Source of the DNA: Sandaracinaceae bacterium
GTDB taxonomy: Bacteria; Myxococcota_A; Polyangia; Polyangiales; Sandaracinaceae
Assembly: GCA_044220955.1 (NCBI GenBank)
Contig: JBGAQA010000044.1
Coordinates: 38,678 to 53,224 of the forward strand
Reading direction: 5' to 3'
Length of the DNA stretch: 14,547 bases
Each line of letters starts with the position of its first letter. Within the stretch, counting starts at the first letter, position 1. The notes under the pieces were generated by a model. That model saw only the letters and a list, made by a program, of their open reading frames with translations. It ran no database searches and was not told where the DNA came from. The position numbers and the translations under genes are program-made. Below, piece after piece: positions 7,852 through 14,547 of the stretch.

Positions 7852-8634
7852 ATGCCCTCACGCATCCGCATCGAGACCCACGCCGAGCACGTCCGCGAGG
7901 TGATCCTCGACCGCGCCGCGAAGCGAAACGCGTTCGATCTGCAGATGCTGCGGGAGCTCGCCGAGGCCTTCACGCACGCGCAGGACGAGCCCAGCGTCCG
8001 TGTCGTCGTGCTGACGGCCGATGGCGCCCACTTCACGGCGGGGCTCGATCTCGCCGAGGTCGGGCCCGCGGTCGCGAGCGGAGGCCGCCTCTTCCCCGAG
8101 GGGTTCGTCGATCCGCTCGGCCTGAACGGTCGCGTGCGCAACAAGCCCTTCGTCGCGGCGGTCCGCGGCATCTGCCTCACGATCGGGATCGAGCTCGCGC
8201 TCGCGGCCGACGTCGTCGTCGCGGGCGACGACGCGTCGTTCGGTCAGATCGAGATCAAGCGCGGGATCTTCCCCTTCGGCGGCGCGACGTTCCGCCTGCC
8301 TGCGCGCGCCGGCTGGGGCAACGCGATGCGCTGGCTGCTGACGGGCGATCGCTTCGACGCGGCCGAGGCGCTGCGCATCGGCGTGGCCCAGCAGGTGGTG
8401 AAGGCGGGCGAGGAGCGCGGCGCGGCCCTCGCGCTCGCGAGCACGATCGCGAAGCAGGCGCCGCTCGGCGTGTACGCGACGCTCGAGAACGCGCGCATCG
8501 CCGTCGAGCCCGGGCCCGAGGCCGCCGCAGCGGCGCTCCTGCCGCAGGCGCGCAGGCTCATGGCCAGCGACGACGCGCGCGAGGGTGTGCAGTCCTTCCT
8601 CGAGCGTCGCGACGGGAAGTTCAGCGGCCGTTGA
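7852..8634 (+). CDS. Enoyl-CoA hydratase/isomerase (crotonase family), 260 aa
   Basis: LDRAAKRNAFD, oxyanion-hole motif HFTAGLDL, KPFVAAVRGICLTIGIELALAAD and GQIEIKRGIFP (both catalytic Glu present), C-terminal SDDAREGVQSFLERR. Start trimmed from 7603 to ATG 7852. Confidence 0.92.
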   Translation: MPSRIRIETHAEHVREVILDRAAKRNAFDLQMLRELAEAFTHAQDEPSVRVVVLTADGAHFTAGLDLAEVGPAVASGGRLFPEGFVDPLGLNGRVRNKPFVAAVRGICLTIGIELALAADVVVAGDDASFGQIEIKRGIFPFGGATFRLPARAGWGNAMRWLLTGDRFDAAEALRIGVAQQVVKAGEERGAALALASTIAKQAPLGVYATLENARIAVEPGPEAAAAALLPQARRLMASDDAREGVQSFLERRDGKFSGR

Positions 8635-8651
8635 TCATCGGGCTCGGTCGA

Positions 8652-9863
8652 TCACCGGGCGATGAGGACGAGGTAGGCCATCGCGCCCGCGGCCGAGAGC
8701 TGCACCGCCTGGAAGCGCAGGCGGCTCTTCGTGAAGTCGCTCCAGGCGCGGGCGACGAGCACCATCGACGCGAAGAGCGCGAGCGCCACGAGCGAGCACT
8801 GCACGAGCGAGAGCGAGTGGCCCATCGAGCTGGCCATCCCGGGACGGATCACCCAGCCGTGCAGCGCGACGAGGTGGGCGACGTACACGACGAGCGACTC
8901 CTCGCCCACGACCCGCACCCAGCGGAGCGCGCGCGCGACGCGCCCGCGGCCCGCGAGCACCATCCCGACGCGCTCCGCGCCGAGCTCGAGGTACGCCAGC
9001 AGGGTGAGCACGCCGGTGACGTTGCCGAGGCGGAAGAAGAAGTAGTACGGGTCCGTGCGCCAGAAGTCGTGCGGGCCGTAGGGCGCGAGGCCCAGCCGGT
9101 TCAGCGCGACGGGCATGCCCAGCGAGACGATCGTCAGGCCCAGGAGCCAGGGTGCGAGCGCTCGCGAGGGCCGCGAGGCCGTGCGCGCGACGAACGCGAC
9201 GAGCACGCCCGCGTAGGTGAAGCCGGCCCAGGGCAGGAGCGGGAAGTACGAGCCGGAGTCGCCGTTCACGAACCCTGCGAGCGCGAGCGGTAGCGCCCGC
9301 TCGGCCGGCCACGCCCACACGATCGGGGCGAGCAGCACGACCGCGAGCAAGAGCGCGCCCACGATCGCCGCGAAGATGGCCTCGCCCGCTCCCTCGCGCG
9401 CGAACCGGCGCACGGCCACGGCGAGAAGCTGCAGCACGCAGAGGCTCACGCCGATGTGCTGGAGCACGTCGACCTGCAGCAGCTGGTGGAGCGGGCCCTC
9501 ACCGGCCGACACGAGGCCGCCGAGGGCGAGCGTCGGGACGTGCATCAGGTAGCCGATGCCGAGCAGCCACGCGTAGCGGCGCAGGCGCTTGTAGAGCGCG
9601 TCGCCCGGCTGCGTGGCGCGATCCCAGCCGCGAAACGTCGTGTACCCGAACGCCAGACCCGAGGCGAACAGGAACATCGGCGCGGTGTAGCCGTGCACGA
9701 ACTGGTGGTGGCGGTACCAGCGCTCGTGCTGCACCTCGGCACCGAGCAGCTCGGTGAAGGTGTGGCCCTGGACCATCAGGAAGACGGCGACGAAGCGCAG
9801 GAGGTCGAGCGCGAGCCAGCGCGTCTTGCCTTCTCCCTGCATGGCGGTCGGCGTGTGTTCCAC
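8652..9863 (-). CDS. Multi-pass membrane acyltransferase, DUF1624 / heparan-alpha-glucosaminide N-acetyltransferase-like domain
   Basis: RWLALDLLRFVAVFLMVQGH, APMFLFASG, DVLQHIG, YFPLLPWAGF and GEESLVVYVAH motifs, with many TM helices. Start is GTG 9863 or ATG 9842. Confidence 0.8.
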   Translation of the reverse strand: MEHTPTAMQGEGKTRWLALDLLRFVAVFLMVQGHTFTELLGAEVQHERWYRHHQFVHGYTAPMFLFASGLAFGYTTFRGWDRATQPGDALYKRLRRYAWLLGIGYLMHVPTLALGGLVSAGEGPLHQLLQVDVLQHIGVSLCVLQLLAVAVRRFAREGAGEAIFAAIVGALLLAVVLLAPIVWAWPAERALPLALAGFVNGDSGSYFPLLPWAGFTYAGVLVAFVARTASRPSRALAPWLLGLTIVSLGMPVALNRLGLAPYGPHDFWRTDPYYFFFRLGNVTGVLTLLAYLELGAERVGMVLAGRGRVARALRWVRVVGEESLVVYVAHLVALHGWVIRPGMASSMGHSLSLVQCSLVALALFASMVLVARAWSDFTKSRLRFQAVQLSAAGAMAYLVLIAR

Positions 9864-10039
9864 GGAACGATCGACCCCGCAAACCGGCGCTGTGCGTCGG
9901 GTCGCGCCGGGCGCTCGAAGGCGCCCGCCTCAGGTGTGCATCGCGGACGACACGTGCAACCCCGCACCGCCCGCTCTTCCAGGCCGAAGTGCGATCGATC
10001 ACCCAGGTCGATCTTCGGGATCGGCCCCAGAAAACCAAA

Positions 10040-11113
10040 CTAGAACCAGCCGACGACGTCCAGGCCGACCGTGTCGCCCGCGCCGATCATCGGGACGGGC
10101 ACCGCGGCCACTGCCGGGCGCAGCTCGGGGCGCGCGCCGCCCTGGTAGTGGAGCAGCCAGGGCAGGAGCCACCCCGACATCAGCCCGACGAAGGCCCCCG
10201 TGACGACGTCCGTGAGGTACTCGAGGTTGCTCATCACCCGCGCCAGGCCCGCGACCGTCGCCACGGTCAGCGCTCCGACGCACATCGTCGCGTCCGCGCC
10301 TTCGTCACCGAACACCGCCATCGTCGTGTGGTGCAGGCACGTGAGCGCGGCGCCGGTGAACGCGTTCACCGTCGTGTTGGAGAAGAAGCTCTGCGTCGGC
10401 TGCGTGTTGGCGCACTCGGCCGCCGAGGGCGGTCGGACGGCGTCCGCGCCGGGACGGCAGTCGTGCGTGACCGGACGCTCGCGCCGCGCGAGCAGCGAGG
10501 TGACGCGCCACACGACGAGCGAGACGACGTACGCCTCGAGGCTGATGAGCCCCATCTGGAGCGCCGTGTCCCAGCTCCCGTCGCCGATGCCCGCGGCGAA
10601 GAGCGCGTCGACGACGAAGGGCACGCCGACGTCGATCCACATGAGCACGTCGCCGGCGATGCGCGCGGACTCGCGCTGCTCGGGCAGGTTGAGCTGCAGC
10701 CCGTCGTGCGCGGCGCCGTCGAGCGCGTTCACGTCCGTCCAGTTCGGGCGCGTCGTGGCCGTCGGGAGCAGCTCGGCGGCGAGCAGGAGCACGCCGAGCC
10801 CGACCGAGAGCACTGCCTCGTCGAACGAGTAGCGCGGCCACTCCTCGCGCCACGCGAGGTGGTGCTGGGAGGCGCGCGGCGTGTCCTCGCCCTGGCTGAG
10901 CCCCGGCTCGCCGATCGCGCTGCCGAAGCTCGCGACGACGTCCTCGCCTTGCGCGTCGTCCGCCTGAGGCGGCTCCGAGCCGCTCTCCTCCGTCTCGTCC
11001 GGCACCTGGTCCCCGGCCGCGGCGTCGCTTGCGTCTCCCGACGACTCCGTCGTGGACTGTGCGGCCGCGCTCGACGCAGTGATGAGGACGAAACCGAGGA
11101 CGGCGAGGCGCAT
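10040..11113 (-). CDS. PAP2 (phosphatase/haloperoxidase) superfamily protein with a degenerate active site
   Basis: Signal peptide, acidic linker, then the three PAP2 motif positions: SLLARRERP, SFFSNTT and ARVMSNLEYLTDV, with the expected spacing and flanking hydrophobic helices. Ends GLDVVGWF. Confidence 0.75.
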   Translation of the reverse strand: MRLAVLGFVLITASSAAAQSTTESSGDASDAAAGDQVPDETEESGSEPPQADDAQGEDVVASFGSAIGEPGLSQGEDTPRASQHHLAWREEWPRYSFDEAVLSVGLGVLLLAAELLPTATTRPNWTDVNALDGAAHDGLQLNLPEQRESARIAGDVLMWIDVGVPFVVDALFAAGIGDGSWDTALQMGLISLEAYVVSLVVWRVTSLLARRERPVTHDCRPGADAVRPPSAAECANTQPTQSFFSNTTVNAFTGAALTCLHHTTMAVFGDEGADATMCVGALTVATVAGLARVMSNLEYLTDVVTGAFVGLMSGWLLPWLLHYQGGARPELRPAVAAVPVPMIGAGDTVGLDVVGWF

Positions 11114-11184
11114 GCGCGTGGGCTGTTGTAGGAGACGCGCCCCGTCGCGACAAGCGTTCGGCGGGGCGCGCGGTACGCTGCGGC

Positions 11185-12120
11185 GTGCGCACCCGCGCCA
11201 CCGTGGAAGACCTCGCGCGCGAGCTGCGCGAGATGCGGCACCGCAAGGTGGCCCGCTCGCTCTCGCACGTGGACCTCGTGCGCTCGTCCGAGCCCGCGAT
11301 GCTCACCGACCAGGATCTGCTCGACCGCGATCGGGGCCGGCTCTTCCTCGACTACTACGGCGACGAGGGCCTGCTGCTCGCCTTCGAGCGCTACGGCCTG
11401 ACCGCTGCGCTCGCCCGCCGGGGCTACGTGGACCTGTCCGTCGTGACGCGCGCGGCCGACGAGCGGCACATGCTGGTCCTCAACGCGCGGCCGACGGCGG
11501 GCGGCGAGCCCATGCGCATCCTGCAGCTCGTCGTCCGGCGCGACGCGATGCTGCCGCGCGTGCCGGGCTCCGAGTCGACCCTCCGCCCGCGCTACGACGT
11601 GCTGACGGTGGACTGGCTCCTGCTCGAGAGCCCGCTCGGACACTTCACGAAGGAGCGGCCGCGCCTGCCGGGACAGGAGCGCCCCGGGCTCGGCGTCGGG
11701 TGGCGCGTGCTCGCGCTCTTGTTCCGCGTCGTGGAGCGCCTCGAGCTCGACGGCTTGCTCACCGTGGCCGAGCACCTGCACAACGCGGAGCTGTACGCGC
11801 GCGAGCTGCCCTTCGTCGATCCGGTGCACGCGGGTCGTCTGGAGGCGTTCGTAGCGGCGCTGCGCGTGCGCGAGGGCCTCACCGTCGCGCAGGCGAGCTG
11901 GGCGCTCGAGTGGGGGCTCGTGCGCGACCGCGAGGGCAAGAGCGTTCACTGGCGTGGCGAGGCGCAGCTGAGCACGAACGAGAAGACGTTTCCTTCCTGG
12001 GTCGAGTCTGCGACCTACGCGCAGTACGCGCGGCAAGCGGCCGAGGCCTTCGCCCCGACGCTGGATCGCGCGGCGTTCGACGCGCGCTGGGCGAGCGAGC
12101 ACGAGGCCCTCGAGCGCTGA
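11185..12120 (+). CDS. Hypothetical protein with GNAT-like motifs (311 aa)
   Basis: Clean coding frame. VLTVDWLLL...RPRLPGQERPGLGVGWRVLALLFRVVERLELDGLLTVAEHLHNAELY follows the beta4-motif A-alpha3-beta5-motif B pattern of GNAT acetyltransferases. The CDS is well supported; the function is inference. Confidence 0.65.
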   Translation: MRTRATVEDLARELREMRHRKVARSLSHVDLVRSSEPAMLTDQDLLDRDRGRLFLDYYGDEGLLLAFERYGLTAALARRGYVDLSVVTRAADERHMLVLNARPTAGGEPMRILQLVVRRDAMLPRVPGSESTLRPRYDVLTVDWLLLESPLGHFTKERPRLPGQERPGLGVGWRVLALLFRVVERLELDGLLTVAEHLHNAELYARELPFVDPVHAGRLEAFVAALRVREGLTVAQASWALEWGLVRDREGKSVHWRGEAQLSTNEKTFPSWVESATYAQYARQAAEAFAPTLDRAAFDARWASEHEALER

Positions 12121-12207
12121 GGTACTTGCGAGCTCCGGGGACGGACTTCGAGCGCTCCGCTTCGAACGGGTTGGGGCGCGGGCCCGAGCCGCGGTACAAG
12201 CTGGGCC

Positions 12208-13608
12208 ATGCGACGCGCGAAGATCGTGTGCACCCTGGGGCCTTCGGTCACCTCGCCGGAGATGATGGACAGGCTCGTGCAGGCCGGGATGGACTGCGCT
12301 CGGCTCAACTTCTCCCACGGCTCGCACGAGTCCCACGCGGCCGCCGCCAAGCTCGTGCGCGACGCCAGCACTCGGGCGCGCAGGCCGCTGGCGATCCTGG
12401 CCGACCTCTGCGGCCCCAAGATGCGTGTCGGGCGCTTCGCGGACGGCAAGATCGAGCTCGACGTGGGCCAGCGGTTCACGCTGACGACGCGAGAGGTCCC
12501 GGGCACGAAAGAGGTCGTCTCGCAGACGTACGAGCCGCTGCCGCGCGACGTCCTGCCGGGCACCATCATCCTGCTCGACGACGGCCTCTTGCGCCTGCGC
12601 GTGCTCGAGACGAGCGCGACCGACGTGACCTGCGAGGTCGAGATCGGCGGCGAGCTGTCCGACAAGAAAGGGATGAACATCCCGGGCGCGAACCTCTCGA
12701 CGCCCGCGCTCACGCCCAAGGACCGCCAGGATCTGGTCTTCGCGGTCGAGACGCTCAAGGTGGACTACCTCGCGCTCTCGTTCGTGCGTCGCGCCGAGGA
12801 CGTGGCCGAGGCCCAGGCGATCGCGCGCGGGACGCCCGTCATCGCGAAGATCGAGAAGCCCGAGGCGATCGACAACCTCGCGGCCATCCTCGACCAGGCG
12901 CAGGGCGCGATGGTCGCGCGCGGCGATCTCGGCGTGGAGATCGGCAGCGAGTTCGTGCCCCTCCTGCAGAAGCGGATCATCCGGGAGGTGAACGCGCGCG
13001 GAAAGCTCGTGATCACCGCGACGCAGATGCTCGACTCGATGATCCGCAACCCGCGCCCCACGCGCGCCGAAGCCTCGGATGTGGCCAATGCGGTTTTCGA
13101 TGGCACCGACGCGGTGATGCTCTCCGGTGAAACGGCCAGCGGTCAATACCCGGTGGCGGCCGTGCAGACGATGGCGCATATCATTAGGCAGGCTGAACAG
13201 GCCGCGATCTGGAGCCTGCGCTTCACCGATGAATCTGTGGTCAGAGTGACCGTCGCGCAAGCCGTGGCCCATGCCTCCTGCGAAACCGCGCGCGATCTCA
13301 AAGCCAAGGCCATTATCGCGCCGACCATCTCTGGCAGCACGGCGCGGCTGGTCGCGCGCTTCCGGCCCCAGGCTCCCGTGGTCGCGGTGACGCCCAGCGC
13401 GCAGACCCAACGCCAGCTCATGCTCTCTTGGGGCGTCTATCCTTTGCTGGCTGACCGCGAGACCACGACTGACCGTATGCTCGCCGACGCGATCCGCGCG
13501 GCGCAGCGCCAGGGCTTTGTCAACCTGGGCGATACCGTGGTGGTCACGGCCGGCAGCGTGGGCAGCCAGCCCGGCGCCACCGACCTGATGAAAGTGCACG
13601 TGGTATGA
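12208..13608 (+). CDS. pyk: Pyruvate kinase (apparently mosaic, see findings)
   Basis: KIVCTLGP, ARLNFSHG, DLCGPKMR, IAKIE, MVARGDLGVE, ATQMLDSM, PTRAEASDVANA and VMLSGETA. Lys in DLCGPKMRV is the K+-independent signature. Confidence 0.97.
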   Translation: MRRAKIVCTLGPSVTSPEMMDRLVQAGMDCARLNFSHGSHESHAAAAKLVRDASTRARRPLAILADLCGPKMRVGRFADGKIELDVGQRFTLTTREVPGTKEVVSQTYEPLPRDVLPGTIILLDDGLLRLRVLETSATDVTCEVEIGGELSDKKGMNIPGANLSTPALTPKDRQDLVFAVETLKVDYLALSFVRRAEDVAEAQAIARGTPVIAKIEKPEAIDNLAAILDQAQGAMVARGDLGVEIGSEFVPLLQKRIIREVNARGKLVITATQMLDSMIRNPRPTRAEASDVANAVFDGTDAVMLSGETASGQYPVAAVQTMAHIIRQAEQAAIWSLRFTDESVVRVTVAQAVAHASCETARDLKAKAIIAPTISGSTARLVARFRPQAPVVAVTPSAQTQRQLMLSWGVYPLLADRETTTDRMLADAIRAAQRQGFVNLGDTVVVTAGSVGSQPGATDLMKVHVV

Positions 13609-14547
13609 GCGCGCGTTCCTGGCCCCATGACGCAGCGCCAGAGGTGGCCCAGGGCGCCAGATCAAGGCGATGGTGGGACTGGCGCCGCCTGTCGGCCGCG
13701 TTGGTCGAAGGCGAGCCGCGCGCCATGCGGCGCACGCTGTGGTGGTTGATCGGCGTGGCCGCGCTGGCGCTTGGTCTGTATGTGGCCTTGTTAGGGCCAA
13801 CCTACGCCCTGGCGGGCGCGGTCGGCATGGCGGCCGCTATTCTCGTTTTGCGCAGCACGCGGTGGGGTTTCATCGTCCTCGCCGCGGTTATTTGGATTCT
13901 ACCGTTTGCAGCATTCCCGTTCAAACTTGGTTTCACGCCCACCTTCCTGGATGCCGCGCTGCTGGCGCTTTTCTTCGTTTGGCTGATGCGCATCGTCACG
14001 GGCCAGGATCGCACCTTTGTCTTTTCACCGCTGGGCGGCCTGGTGCTGCTCTTCTTGGCCCTGGCGCTGTTCACCTTCGTGATGGGCGCCACGCACGCCA
14101 TGCCGACGCAGCAGATCATGCGCCAGTTCATCGAAGTGGTGATCAGCATCGCGCTCTTTTTTGTGGCCGTCAACGAGATCCGCACCCGCGAGGATGTAGA
14201 CTGGCTGACCCGTGTCCTGATCATCGGCGGCGGCGTTTGCGCGCTGATCGCAGTCGTTTTTTATGTCATCCCCGATGCCTGGACTGTGCGCATCCTGGAC
14301 GCGTTGGCGCGCTTGAAATACCCTGGCGGTTACGGCGCGCTGCGCTACATCGAAGACGATCCGGCCAACCCCATGCGCGCCATCGGCCTGGCGGTGGACC
14401 CCAACGTCTTGGGCGGCATGATGATCCTGGCCGCCGGGCTGACCGCGCCGCAGTTTTTCAGCCGTTCGCCGCTCCTGCCGCGCGTGTGGATCAGCGCCAT
14501 TTTCGTCGTGCAGGTGCTGGCGCTCTACCTGACCTACTCGCGCTCTG
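13605..14547 (+). CDS. O-antigen ligase/Wzy-like membrane protein, partial (runs off the right edge)
   Basis: Not in the ORF track because it has no stop in the window. ATG 13605 overlaps the pyk stop (ATGA) and the frame stays open to the end. Many TM helices, then YIEDDPANPMRAIGLAVDPNVLGG and LYLTYSRS, matching the R-x-x-G...PN and T-x-SR motifs of the family. Confidence 0.8.
   Translation, partial: MSARSWPHDAAPEVAQGARSRRWWDWRRLSAALVEGEPRAMRRTLWWLIGVAALALGLYVALLGPTYALAGAVGMAAAILVLRSTRWGFIVLAAVIWILPFAAFPFKLGFTPTFLDAALLALFFVWLMRIVTGQDRTFVFSPLGGLVLLFLALALFTFVMGATHAMPTQQIMRQFIEVVISIALFFVAVNEIRTREDVDWLTRVLIIGGGVCALIAVVFYVIPDAWTVRILDALARLKYPGGYGALRYIEDDPANPMRAIGLAVDPNVLGGMMILAAGLTAPQFFSRSPLLPRVWISAIFVVQVLALYLTYSRS

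Noticed and set aside
7776..8180. N-terminal extension of the 708-aa kinase ORF, and the 7603 start of the hydratase
   Set aside because: Each extension is antisense to the other real gene. Trimmed starts give a normal divergent arrangement.
8632..8654. TGATC...GATCA inverted repeat between convergent stops
   Set aside because: Short, partly forced by the two TGA stop codons, and with no U-tract.
12141..12170. TTCGA motifs suggesting a tRNA T-loop
   Set aside because: No cloverleaf, no GTTCRA in a 5-bp stem with a 7-nt loop, and no acceptor stem.
23..13800. Long alternative-frame ORFs (e.g. 23..1783, 3229..6042, 6039..7784, 10729..13800, 11052..13130)
   Set aside because: They are Arg/Ala-rich shadow frames overlapping genes with clear motifs, which is expected when GC3 is very high and stop codons are rare.
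13802..14224. 140-aa minus-strand ORF
   Set aside because: It is antisense to the O-antigen ligase-like gene, and its Lys/Ser richness mirrors that gene's hydrophobic codons.

Overview
Very GC-rich DNA with a myxobacterial-type gene set (inferred from PEGA proteins, Cys-rich lipoproteins, Hanks kinases and near-total G/C at third codon positions) from 1 to about 13,070. Gene order: a minus-strand operon of two PEGA-domain envelope proteins and a Cys-rich lipoprotein (truncated by the window edge); a divergent lipoprotein with putative metal-binding repeats; two coupled Ser/Thr kinases; an enoyl-CoA hydratase; a DUF1624/HGSNAT-like membrane acyltransferase; a PAP2-fold protein lacking its catalytic residues; a GNAT-like hypothetical protein; pyruvate kinase; and a partial O-antigen ligase-like gene. 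Main observations: (1) codon usage switches abruptly inside pyk at about 13,020-13,070, so the right end seems to come from another organism (assembly chimera or recombination); (2) a 38-bp inverted repeat pair (32/38 identical, REP-like) brackets the small kinase gene, and one copy is translated as its N-terminus; (3) the PAP2 homologue has lost key residues in all three catalytic motifs; (4) three exported proteins share a C-terminal beta-hairpin-like tail ending in Phe. I found no RNA genes, CRISPR arrays or transposases. All counts are by hand and no database searches were run.
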